DNA from: Balanoglossus misakiensis
Lineage: Eukaryota > Animalia > Hemichordata
Assembly: GCA_040954595.2 (NCBI GenBank)
Contig: CM082579.2
Span: 3,399,227-3,463,226 of the forward strand
DNA length: 64,000 nt
Direction of reading: 5' to 3'
Shown: in pieces, positions 12,701-25,200 of the stretch
Layout: each line of letters starts with the position of its first letter
Numbering within the stretch: the stretch's first letter is position 1
Translations under genes and position numbers: made by a program
Notes under the pieces: model-generated
What the model was told of the DNA's origin: nothing
Database searches by the model: none
What the model saw: only the letters and a program-made list of their open reading frames with translations

Positions 12701-15700
12701 CCGCCAGGGCGTCCAACACGGAAGCACTGCCCGGGGAACTGAGACCCGCATCTCCGATCGCCACGTCGGAGATCGTTGTCGTCGTCGGCGGGGAGGCCGT
12801 CCCGTTCACCGACCCGTTCCCCCGACTTGCGTCGTAGTGGAGGCAGTATTCGGAGTTCCAGGGATTGTCACAATCCGTCCATGGAACGCCAGGAAGCGCC
12901 GACAGTGATGCAAAAATATAGAAAATTGTCCACGTAATGATGACGTTGTAGTACAAACATACAAGGGCAGTGATGGTGACCATGGCGTAGCCAATACCTG
13001 GAGAATGAAACAAAATAATATGCTAGTCTTCCCAGTTTTACTATGGGCGGACTGACTGACGGACGGACGGACAGACAGACAGACAGACGGATGGATGGAG
13101 AGCGGACGGGGAGTGGGAGACAGAGTGAGTCAAAGGCCGGTGTGCGTTTTGTTTTTCGGTAAACAACTCCACACAGTGGAGCTAAATCACAGGCAGAGAA
13201 GGGGCTTTTATTTGGCGATAAACGGACTCAAGAAGGGCAATGGCATCACCATGACCGTAGAGCAGCGAACTACTCCAATTTCAAGCCCAGCAAATACCCA
13301 GACATGCCACACTAGTTATTCAGACGACAACAACTAAACCACGGGCAAAGTTTTGTCTGGAGAGTAACCAAACCCGGCGATCTGCACGCAATACACTTTG
13401 ACTACGCCACCCTGGGTCACTTTCAGGCTCAGTCTGAGAATGTTCTCGCCATCCTCTCTTTCAAGTGGTTTTGGTGACGCTCTTAGACTAATGGCTCACT
13501 CTGAGCAAATGTCAAGCGATCGAATATTTCTCGGAGAACTTTTTTTTACCCACGTTGGATCGAAGAAGAAAGGACTCTGTCTGTCTTAAGTTATTAGCAA
13601 GAGAGGTAATTTATAGTGATGAAGTGGTTACAGAGAGTATCTTGAGGAAAGTACGGGAAATTGATGACTGGTAATTGCGTCGTTAAGTACTATTATGCAC
13701 CAGTTGAAAATGCCACACGTCAACCGGAACGCAACTTAAACCACGGACCGAATTATTAACTTAAAGATAGAAAATCATTTTAAAAATGCAATCACAAGGA
13801 AATATAATTTCCAGCCTCCGACGGTTCTGTAACTGATCATGCAGATAATCTGTCCGACCCCGACTATTGACATAATACTCAGGAATGAGGAAAACAGTAA
13901 TTCGAAATCTGGAACTCAGGGGATGCCGGATCTGCATTAGAAGAATGTGTGTATATCCGTGTTCGTTATTCGGGCCAAGTCAATTATTTACGCTGCTTCC
14001 CGTCGCGTCGTGACCTTAAAGCGGGGTCAAGATGTGTATTGCTGAGGGAGATTCATCTAATCACGATTACCACGCATCTCTGGCTGATCACGTGATCTTT
14101 CATCATTCCTTCGACTGTAAACCTCAATGTTCTGATTCGTTAGTGGATGTCGGTAAATGTGTTTCACGCATGAAAAACCCCACAGAAACGACCGACAGAG
14201 GAAAGTCTGCGCATGCCTGTACGTTGTCATATCGACAAAATCCCAATAGAGGCAAAAAACGTGTAATTGATTGACCAGGGGTTAAAGGTCATTATATCGA
14301 ACAGTGGGATTCTATTTAATTAACCATATGTTGACGTTTGTAGACGCTATGTCGGAGGCACATCGTGTATAATTGGCCAGCGAGACGTTAAAGTTCGACT
14401 CAAAAACCTGAAATATCGCTCGCAGTAGAAACGATAACATGTAAATCTAACCTAATAAATCAGAAAAGGGCAATTTAACAGGCTTTGTTGACGTATTCTC
14501 CCCTTTTCGTGCGTAAAGTGTTGCTCTGACAATATGGGAATGCAAATTAAGTATATCAACGTGAAGGAATGATATTGACCACATAGTAGTTGAATTCACT
14601 GGGGAACTTTAATGCAGCTTTTCATGGCGCAGTACGTGTCTCTCGTCTAGGGTTGCCACAATTCGCATGATTTAAAAGATGTTCGCCAGTAAGATTAATT
14701 CCAAATTCTTTCTTTGGGCTAAACGTTGTTTTTTTCGGACCCCGCAGCGAGGATATTAAAAGTGTACTCAGTAATATGAACTGAGAGTGGTGTCGTGCGG
14801 TGCGCACTGTATTACACGTATAGCGTACGTGTTGTCACGCTAACATTTGCTCCATCAAGGGTAGCCACTCTCACGAGAAATTTCGAAAACTGACAGCAAG
14901 TGGATTCTCTTCAATGTAATTGCTATTTTCATGACCTTCACGATCAACTTGGATCGATCATATTGGTAAATAGTGCAATAAGGCGCGATCGTACATATGC
15001 TACGTTGACCCGAGAACGTCAAAAGACGAGCCCAGAGCAAAAGGTTAGGCTAACGCAATGTCCGATGGCGGTCCGTAATCCAGTTCACTTTTTGACACGA
15101 AGAGGCGATTTGGAACATGACGTCATCGACGCCCATCACTGACAGCTATTTAGCGCCGCATCATAGCCTGTCTCCAAAAACTCAAGGACACGCTGTGCAC
15201 GTTCTTCTCACTGTTTGAAATTCACGCCGTGCATCTAGACTTCGTCTCGCGTCTGGAAACTACGCAAGAAAACCACCCACAAGCCCAATCAGGTCAGGGA
15301 CGAGGAATGAACCCGAGGCAGTGATGGAAAAGCGAATAAATAAATTACAGCCATTCGCAGGTCATTACTCTGCGGGGGAGGGGAGAGGAGGGGTGCGGGG
15401 TAGCTGCGACCCTCCGTCGGAGCACGTCGTAGGCCTGATTCCGAACAGATAACCCCTCCCTGGAGACTACTGCAGAACGACTATAGCATGAAACGCAGTG
15501 GAGTTAATAATATTTGCTCGATAAATTTTCTTGGGATGGATTTTGTCCGTCTGCTGTCTCTGCAGAATAAAGGTAACCTAACTCATCATTTAACCTAGTA
15601 ATCTGGATACAAGGGGGATAAATAAGTAATAAATAGGTGCGGCAGCGGCAGTTTTATTTTTTTTGCACGAATCACGATTGGCGATACAGATTAGATGCAG

Positions 15701-18153
15701 TCTTTCGCCACGTTCAGTCTGAGTACAAGAAAGAGCAAATCGCTATTATGGGCACTTCCTGCTTAAAAACAGATCACTGTCTGAGTCTATCGACGTGAAT
15801 TGAATTGAACTGAAGTCGCGTTGCACTTTCAATGACGTAAGCAGATCTACAAGACGATTTGTTTACTGCGTTGGCAGACCGAAGTAAAAAAAACAACTCG
15901 GAACAGAGTATTGGGATCGAAACCGACACTGCATCATCGTTTTGGGGTTCCTTTTGGCATTATTTTCACAAATTACCATCCAAGCTTACTCCCCGATCCT
16001 TACAATATCCTTATAAACCATCCCACTGTAAAATACTTGTCGTAACTTTGTTTTTCTCTCAGCTTGAGAAATTGTCTTTGTAGCTGTGTATTGGCGGCTA
16101 TATTTTGGGGTAAGACAAAATCACCACGTGACAGGGGCTAAACTTACCTTTGAACACCGGTGACGCGCGCCACATAGTGACGCATCCGAGACTTGCAAAT
16201 TGTCCAAACGACAACTCCAAATAAAACAGAGGTAGACCCGCGACTGCCAACATTATGAGGTACGGTATCAGGAAGGCGCCTGTAGTATAAAAAAGGAAAA
16301 AACAAAAATATCGTTGTTTAATTTTTTTGTTTTGAGGAAAAACCTACTACCAGGCTCTACAATTTCTCTAATTTCCCCTCCCTCACTCCCTCTCTCCCCC
16401 TCTGATGATTGGCAGTAAAGTGACATCTTATAACATTAACCTAAAAGTTCTTGCTTTCCAAGGTCAAGGGCCAAACACGTCAAAAATCGGATAATTTACA
16501 CAGAGAACGTTCTTGAACTTATCTTAAAGAGCGTTCCTTATTTTACGAGCTATGATAAGGGTTCGTTGTGAGTGTTCACATGGACGTGGTACCGCCGCCA
16601 ACAGTTGGATTCATGTCGAACTAATTTGGGTCATTGGTGTAAGCGACCATCTGTTAGTTTCGGGGCAGCTTTGGAAGCGTTTTATTGATCTTTGGGCAAA
16701 ATTTGTGTCGTTTCAATTTGCCTACTTAAAAATCAATCTTTTCTGACAACCAATCTATTTATTCTGACAACATACCAAACAAGTCAAATCCTTGATAAAT
16801 TAGGATAGAAACTCATCTCTCATACTCTTATCGTCGATATTAGATTGCGTAGGCTTATTTTGCAAGCAAGATAAATATTATAATTTCATATCAAACGGAG
16901 CCCTCAATCGCCTTTCACATTTTTTTGTTTACGGAATAGGGTAGTACGTGGTGTAATACGGCTACCATATGTCAAATAATGTTTTTGTTTTCCTCGCTCG
17001 CTGTCTCTCTCTAGATTTCGGCGAATTGAGCTGAGGTCATGTAGAGTTTAGCTAGTTTTAATGGGGGGAATGGCCACGTCATCAAACCGGATGGTACTGT
17101 CCACGCAGAGGCCGACATGACTTGTGGGTGTTTGTTGTGAAAATCGTGACATTGATACCAAAACACTGCCGAGTTTTAATGATGATGTTGGGAATCCCAA
17201 TACAAGATTGGTGTCAAGTATAATTGTCATTTTACTCCTCATATCAGAAGGAAATTTTATTTTAAAATAATACAAACGTACTTAGTCAATATTTCATATT
17301 TCTGTGGTCATGACGAAACATCGCTTTAATTGCTAATTTGAATACCAGTTATATTACTATAGGTCTACTAGTATTGCTCTACGTCACTATGACCGACATC
17401 CGGGTAAATACCAACATATGTGACTTGTCCACTTCAACCGATATGATAACTGCGTCACAGTCGAATATGTAAAATGCCTAGAATTTCAATTTGGACGACT
17501 TTCATATAAAATCCTGCTGTCTATAACGACTATTACGCAACTACGCTGTCTACGCCACAGGACCGTGCTCCAGATGGACACGGACCGTTATGCTACGAGG
17601 CGTTTGCGTCCAAAATAGCAGAACAGCTGTTGAATTATTTTCAGTCAAACTGGCGATGTACTTTTTTAAAAGTCATCCCCTACCGACTTCCCTCGATACT
17701 ACCCTGCAAGCTATAGCGCTATTCTTTGTTTTACTTTCAACATGTCATAATAATATTAACATATTTACACTCTCTGACAGGTATAACATGTATTTGCTGT
17801 TGGTGATGTTATCTCCCCCTTCTCTCCTCGCCCTCTCTCTATAGTGATCTCTCTATGTCTGTCTATCTCTCGCTCTCTGTCTCTCTCTCTCACACACACA
17901 CACTGTGACACACACTCTCTCTGTCTCTCTCTCCCTCTCTCTCAAACATCTCTGCGTTCATCTCACCTCCGCCATTTGAGTAACACAGGTATGGAAATCT
18001 CCACACGTTACCCAGTCCAACCGCGTAGCCAATGCATGAGAGAGTAAAATCCAACTTATTGCTCCAGTTTCCTCGGGACGGGTTTTCATCTTTGCCGTTG
18101 GTAATAGCACCACCAAGTTTATCTACCGCTATTTCGTGGGAGTCTTCGGGATT
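6555..18153 (-). CDS. SLC6 sodium/chloride-dependent amino-acid transporter, glycine transporter (GlyT1/SLC6A9)-like, gene A; 12 exons here (690 codons plus stop) and a probable first exon near 19210
   Basis: Spliced translation has all SLC6 hallmarks: [112 protein letters not shown]. All junctions are GT-AG and in phase. Confidence 0.95.
7066..7236 (-). CDS. SLC6 gene A exon (TM11 end/TM12), 171 nt
   Basis: [32 protein letters not shown]...GTLIE|gtatat. Confidence 0.92.
9197..9297 (-). CDS. SLC6 gene A exon (TM11), 101 nt
   Basis: [33 protein letters not shown]|gtaagt. Confidence 0.92.
9513..9612 (-). CDS. SLC6 gene A exon (TM10), 100 nt
   Basis: [34 protein letters not shown]|gtatgt. Confidence 0.93.
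9739..9879 (-). CDS. SLC6 gene A exon (TM8 end/TM9), 141 nt
   Basis: [15 protein letters not shown]...[13 protein letters not shown]|gtgagt. Confidence 0.93.
10604..10716 (-). CDS. SLC6 gene A exon (TM8), 113 nt
   Basis: [37 protein letters not shown]|gtaaat. Confidence 0.94.
10787..10843. repeat. Compound tetranucleotide microsatellite (TTCA/TTCC/TTCG)
   Basis: Direct reading; lies in a 147-nt intron of gene A. Confidence 0.9.
10864..11092 (-). CDS. SLC6 gene A exon (TM6-TM7), 229 nt
   Basis: [77 protein letters not shown]|gtgagc. Confidence 0.95.
11757..11891 (-). CDS. SLC6 gene A exon (TM5), 135 nt
   Basis: [45 protein letters not shown]|gtgagt. Confidence 0.94.
12082..12214 (-). CDS. 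SLC6 gene A exon (TM4), 133 nt
   Basis: [44 protein letters not shown]|gtaaat. Confidence 0.94.
12562..12997 (-). CDS. SLC6 gene A exon (TM3 plus long EL2), 436 nt
   Basis: [26 protein letters not shown]...[14 protein letters not shown]...RPSEEYW. Confidence 0.94.
13050..13099. repeat. Compound tetranucleotide microsatellite (GACT/GACG/GACA/GATG)
   Basis: Direct reading. Confidence 0.9.
16148..16279 (-). CDS. SLC6 gene A exon (TM2), 132 nt
   Basis: [44 protein letters not shown]|gtaagt. Confidence 0.94.
17812..17943. repeat. Imperfect (CT)n/(CA)n microsatellite tract
   Basis: Direct reading. Confidence 0.85.
17967..18153 (-). CDS. SLC6 gene A exon (N-terminus plus TM1), 187 nt
   Basis: ttgtag|AAT; [12 protein letters not shown]...[42 protein letters not shown]|gtgaga. 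Confidence 0.94.
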
Positions 18154-19209
18154 CTACAAGACAGAAATAATAATAGGAATTGGACGAAAATGTACGCTAA
18201 ACATTAACAGCACTTTATGTATTCGGCGACAGTTGAACATTGCCAGGTTATAACATTTATAACACTGATATATTTCGCCTTTATTTTATAGCATTCCTTG
18301 TAGGGTCTGTTTCCCCCTCCCTCCAAGAGCAGAGCTGTAAAATTAGTTGCCACAAAAACTGCGAACCATGACGACACCAATACCCTCATTTTTGTGAAAT
18401 TGGACGAAAATACATTGACTACCGCTGACAACCTTATAACTATTTTAGGACGTTGACATATTTGCTTATTTCTACCGAGGCACCCCGGAACCTCCAAGTC
18501 AGGACGAACATATTCATGCATAATTAAGCTTACAGATAACTCATCCATATCTTCAGCTGTAAGCCAAAATAAACCGAATGTCAAAGGAAAGAGATTTTGT
18601 CTTGGAATAGCTGAGGAAAATTCTCACACAGAGAGATTTCTACGGCTTTACAGCGCCTGTCAATCGCTTTCGCCCATCTTTAACAGCTGCATTGAATCCC
18701 ATCAAAACAATACTGCGCCGCATTTAACTGTGGATTTAAATCCATAAAACAACGACCGTTTACATTTTATTAGGGATTAGCGGCGTGAAGCAGAATCATT
18801 GCGCACTTTTGCAGTCGGCAGAAAACAGCGCCCGTAAGTCTAAATATGGATACTACTAGTAAACGATAATCTGATGTCTGTGACGTCACGAGCAGCCACT
18901 AAGTCTTGAGAAAGTAACCATGCATCTCCTGTCGCTCTTGTACAGAAAAAAAGTGTTGGTGTTCGACAGAGATTGGCAGCGAATAAATGCTAACTTTTTG
19001 TCATGCGTGGAAACATAAGGGACGAGTTCAGAATAGAGCCTGTCTAATGAACCCATCGATTGGGGGGGGGGGGGATATTCCCTCGCGCGGATCATGCACT
19101 GGCGATACAAGGTCGTTCACCTCGAAACAGTTGTCCACAATGAATTAATCATAAGGTTAATTTTAGTAATTTAAAGATTGAAAAGATGGCTGCTGAAACT
19201 GGAACTCAC

Positions 19210-19215
19210 CATCAT
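19210..19215 (-). CDS. Probable first coding segment of SLC6 gene A (ATG ATG then donor)
   Basis: Minus strand reads GAT ATG ATG|gtgagt, a strong phase-0 donor matching the phase-0 acceptor at 18153. It is not confirmed and other upstream exons are possible. Confidence 0.45.
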
Positions 19216-22200
19216 ATCATCATTTAATGGTAACGCGCTGTACCGGTCTTGAAATATTAAATGAACGACACACCACCCCGTCTACAGCCAGTTTTTGGAA
19301 TCATCCCAGCCCCGGGAATTATTTGAAGTGCCAGACATGCTCCTGCGTGGCACTATGACCAGATCAGACATTTAACATAATTGATGAACCCCCAAGGACT
19401 CATTACCCTTGCTGTGCTTAGATACACCTAAATGCGAAATAGTCATCTTTCCACGAGCCCCTAGTACCCCCAAAATCGAGGCGTCTACGATGAAAATGAG
19501 GGCGTGGTTCACCGCAACCACCACCTGTTGCACGCGCCCCTTCGTAGAACGGAGTCAATATCTTCTGCTATTTTGGTGGGCCGTGTGTGGGAATCAGTCC
19601 GAAGTTGACGACACAAAAACCTCCCTTGTTCAATGTAAACGACCACAAGAATTGTAAAAGCTATTGCATTCTTTGGAGTTTAACGCATACCATTGACATC
19701 CATGAAGTAAAAAGTCAAAAGTTGACTCGCTTGTACTTTTGGGCCACCAGACGTTGCAGTACATGTACTAACACTGATTCGTTTTGACAGATACAAAGTA
19801 CGTGTGACAATGTTCAAGTGCCCGCTGCCAATAACGAACAGAATCTGAACCACGGGATACATACAACCACGCTCATAGAGAGGATTAGCGTGAAAGGCGA
19901 TACGCCAGTCAGTGTACTCGTACAACGTGTCACATACAGGTCCACTCAGTCTTTCCGGAACATTCCTGAACTACAGGGTCAGAATGACCCCCGCCCTGTT
20001 GACCGACTGTCAAAAGGAAACGGCAGATCAAACACTTCTTCACAATGTCTGGAATTTGCGAATGCAAATGCAGTGTGAATGGAAGTACTGTTTGCCAATT
20101 AAACTGTGTTAAATCCAATACCCTGGCCTGGTTGCATCATCCAAGGCAATTCAAGTCAACCCATCACAAGCAACGACAACAGGCATAAAACTAACCTCAA
20201 CACAGACACAGAAAAATTAAAGTTGGTGAAAGACGAGAAATACCATCCCCACAACAGGTAAACTATAAATAACCATGTATATTTTTTCTTTCCGATGCTG
20301 CCTGCTAAGACTGGGTTGATTTTGTTGCATTACTGCTACGAATCAACTACTAGTACTATGCTTGTGAATCAAGTGATGCACCCGCGCAGGCGCATTGGGA
20401 CTCGCGTTTCGCTTAAATGGACAATCACTGAATCAGGATTCGGTCGTCTTGTCTGAGAATAATATTACAGATAGATGTATATTTTTATCAAGAAGGGAGA
20501 ACCAGTGTGTATCATTAGAAAAAATAAATCGGTAACATCATTCTCTAGGAGAGGAAGTAAAATCACATCCCTTATTTTGGACGGGCAATATCATGTCAAT
20601 CAATCATAAATGATAACGGTCTTCATCACAATCCTGGCCGATATCCCCAGCCGATTGGGCAGTGTCATTGTCACACTCTACTTCTCTTCGACATCAGGAC
20701 ATGTATTTAACACAAAGTGTGCTTCTATGATTAGTATATCCAGATAAATAACATATATTTCGCTGATGAAGCAAATGCCTTTACCCACTTCATCACGAAG
20801 AGTGAGGAGGGGGGGTATGTGTTCATTTTCATTCAGCATATTATGATACAGCTGACACTCATCATATCATAGTAAAATCATACTAGAATTATGTTAGTTA
20901 TGTATATTTTTGCCTGAATGGTGTACGTGGAAAACTAAATTTTCTTTCTGTGAATGTCCGAGTTGTGACCGATGCCTAACCGAGCAATCAAGCAAAAAGC
21001 GACGTTCACCCATATCGCGCCGTACGTTACGTGACGCAAATTCAATCTCATTATTCAATCGAATTGTTACATCTTCTACACGAATTTAAAAAAATATAAT
21101 CGAATTCATGATGCAACAACAGATGTTGCATACCGACAGGTATTGTTCAAGTATTATCCTTCACGTACAAGAACGAGTCGCGCTGTGCTTCGTCGAGTCC
21201 ATCCCATTCATGGCAAGAGCAGGTAGGTCGGTCATATCGATTGACGGACAGCAATATATTTCGTTACCTGTTCGAGTTCGTGTATTTCCTGGTCTTCTGG
21301 CTGTACCACATTAGTGCGGCTCATCTCGGTCGACTGTCACTCAAAATTGTCCAAATTCATCAATGTCTTCTGTCAGACATATCCCCAAAACAAATCCATT
21401 TCATGGTTGTAATATTTCGAATGTACGTACACTACTTTCACATGACCTTAGAGGTCAAAGGGCATATAAGACTATACTATTTTGATAATGATTGATGTGA
21501 TGAATAAATACTTAATGATCTCATAAAAATCACTTGAAATCACGCTGATTGCAAAGAACACTACCACGACACAATGTAGTTATAGATATTATGTTTTATT
21601 GTAATGGAAGTTTTCTGTCCCTCTTTGAAAACACACCACCAGTCTACCCCGCGAACGAAATCGGACAGCCAGGCCCTCAGCGCGCGAAATTTGCATCGGC
21701 GCGGCCCATACACCTGCCTGAGTGGAGTTGACGCGATGCGAACTTCGTATCGAAATTACCATTTCACCCATATTCCAATAAAATACTTTACTTTGCAAAT
21801 ATGATGCATAAATCATATCATTCCCGAACTCGAAACTATCGGTATTTGACAATGAATCGAGTCGTCAATCAAAATATTATGAACTCTGAACTAGAGCCAT
21901 ATGTGTACGTATAGGCTACATGTCCCGGATGTAAGTTCTTGTGACATCATTCTGTTTTGTAAATTGTTGGCCTAAAATATGACAATCCAGCATCAATTTA
22001 GCTTATAAATTTCCATGGCAGAAATCCTACAGTACAGATATAGGCCTACTTAAAATTTGATTCATCTTTTAGTACGTCATGACAATTATAAGTTCTTCTT
22101 TCATCACAAATTCCCGTTTGTATTAATCGTACTTTGGTTATATATTTTAATAAAAACTGGTACTCTCAAAAGTAACGTTTTATTACCTTGTTATACCTAT

Positions 22201-25200
22201 GAATTATTTTGAATAATAATTGAAATTCATTGAATAAATTTCGAAGTCGAAGCACTTTAGACCTCGTGATTTCGATTATTTTCGAGGCGATTGACGTAGG
22301 TAAAGTGGACTTTAAATCTGCCAAACAGATCTCATGAAATATTCATATCTAGTATTTGTAACGACTGAATAAATATGACTCCTCTTAACGACATGTCTGT
22401 CCATCAGCCTACGCTATGTTGGACATTAGCCGAATGACGTAATAGAGATCTAAGGAGGAACTAATCCAATAAGATGAAAATAGCCGTGGCAATCGTTCAA
22501 GCGATATGGAATTTTTCAAAATTAAACCAAACCAAACTAAAACGACTACATGTATCTTATGAATCTTCATTTTTGATGCAAACAAAATATTAGGCTGCAG
22601 AACTGAAGTCACTGCGCCGTGAATTCACTAGAAATAAATAAATTATGTGGTTCTATATATCCTGGTGTTCCTTGTTCTTGTAAAATGTACTGGTACCAGG
22701 AATTTGGAGAATTACACACTTCCTGCATAAATTTGTGTATTTTCGGTGCGCATCTCTGTTTGTTTGTTAATAGTTTGTTTACTCATACGGATACATACTA
22801 CGGTCATAATCTTTATAGCGAACTAAACATGCACCACACGACCGTATCAACATCCATTCCGAAAATAACCGGTCGAGACTCCCATAAAATGAATTCGTGA
22901 AACAGTCGCGATTTACGTGACGAAGTTCTAGATTTTGAGCAAAACTTACAAGTCGAACGAACTGAGCCACAGACGTATCATGCCTCGGACACATGGACTT
23001 ACTGTTCTTCCGCATAATATTCGAGGACGACTCCATTGTGAGCACGGGGTCTTTCAAAACTTTACTCGCGTGGACTAAACTTCCAAAATATTGCAATCGA
23101 ATATCGGATTGGGACATGTTACCGAATTGTAAAAAGAGCTCATGACGAGCTCTTTTTGATTGTCAGTATCTGCCCAAATTCTGGGTAACCATCCCGGAAA
23201 CGACAGGAATCACCGAATACAGAGATACAGTAATCACCACTTACACGCAATAATAACAATAATAATATCAACACATCAGTGTTGTTCCAAATGAAATGGG
23301 AAATATGTTGTTGTTTTTCTTCTGATAACGGGGCGTTGGGAACCACTCCGGTTTTTATTATCGAGCATTCTCGATAGAATCATGCGAATCTCGACATGTA
23401 TACAGCGCTCGGAACGAACCATTGTGAGCACTTTCTTTTCACTCCGACGTTCACGACAGTAACACGTGCAGATGTATATATATAATGAAATAGTAGACAT
23501 ACCAAGATATTCTATATGTGCACATAGTATGTACAATTGCATGACACATAAAGACATACTATAATTCATGTAATTATGCGCATTAGCTGATGCAATATGC
23601 ATGCGCCCACCAAATGACACGTTGATTGTCGTTTCGATGGCGATTAATACTAAACTACAACCCATTCAACACTGGGACATGACAACAGCGTGGGTCCACA
23701 AATTTTGCCATAAAAGAGGCCGGTCACCCTTTCCTGTCGTCCAAACGCGGACATGCCAGGAACTTGAACTATTTTCCTGAGATCGCGGCTCAGGAGGATT
23801 AAAACGACATTTGCATTTCACAGCTGCCACAGAAAATAAGCCTGCATATGGAGATCGATCTGATGCAGATAGGTCAAGTATGCTATAGTGGCACACTCAA
23901 TACATACACATGTAAAACATAGAAACGGGAACGCTCCCCTTGGAAATTATTAGCAAAAATGGGGAAACGCCAAGGAGGACTGGCAATACAAAACCCTACT
24001 TACGATATGGTTACCGTAGTACTTCTCCTCTTTTCTGTCGGTATCGGAAAATTCGATAGATTTCTTAGGCATTGTCGTTATGCAAAAGCGCCGGTATGGG
24101 CAGCCTGTACGCTCGTATCGTTGAGTTACACTGAAAACCCGCGAAAGCCAGAACCATAACCATAACAAAGCAGATTGCCGGTGTAGGTGGATGTTAATCA
24201 GTATAGAGCTTATTGGCTGATGGTGGCCAACGCCCCCATGCATATGCGTAGTAGTAGATGTACATAATTTATTGCGTATAGGCGGGGCCAAGTGTGAACG
24301 TGAGAGAGTAACTTTCATTCACCCGTTCCACCATTCAGCTAAGCTGTTCGACCTCGAGTGTCTCGCTCTCCCGCGCACTGGGACTCCACGTTATGTAACG
24401 ACAGAACATTTCAGCGCAAAGACTCATCAAAGAAAAGAAATCAAAATGGGGGGAAATCCTTTAGATTACAGTGTTACATTCGTTACTGAACTCACTAAGT
24501 TCTGACAAGTTCGTCTGTTGTCGGGGAAAGGCAGACGGGTCATGGTTAATACCCAGGTTCACGTGAACAGATAAGTGGCGGCAGGTCAAGGCTTTCGACA
24601 GTAACCTTCGTTTCGAAAAAAAAACCTGGTACCAACCATGCAACGCTTATTGCATCGTTGTATATTTCCTTGAGACGGCGGTATTGCATAGCGAACAAAA
24701 CCCTAACCCTAACAGACTATACTTACTAGTAGTCCACTGACATATATAGTCACTGTCATACTGTAGGGCGTGCATGCAACTGCACGTCCCCGGGGATTGC
24801 CTAGTTTAGTGGGCATCTCACTCTTCCATATGGCTATCAGAAACACCACAGAGTTCCTAAGATACATTACACCAATAAAAATACTAGCTGGTTGCCTAAC
24901 ATTCTTTTGAGCAGCGTAACTGCAATGTTGAGACATTCAGTGGTGTGCATATGTCATAATACCGTCGGAATAGTTAGACACACACACTCCCAGATACCCA
25001 TACAAGACATGGCATGGCTGACTCTCTTCTCACGCGAAGGCCAAGAATGAATGCACAAACGTTCAAACCCTGTGCTTCAATATTAATTGAAATGGCAAAA
25101 CATAAACATGACTTTTAATGTTACCGTTAATTTCACACCAGTACCGTACTGACACATGTACATGTAATTAGGTTACACAGTCTAACAGTTATGCTAATTA

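Noticed and set aside
12348-12908. 186-aa + strand ORF, the longest in the track
   Set aside because: Antisense shadow of the GC-rich EL2 exon of gene A; it has no recognisable protein features.
24699-24713. Telomere-like CCCTAA repeats (also 50900-50913)
   Set aside because: Only about 2.5 units; too short to call an interstitial telomere.
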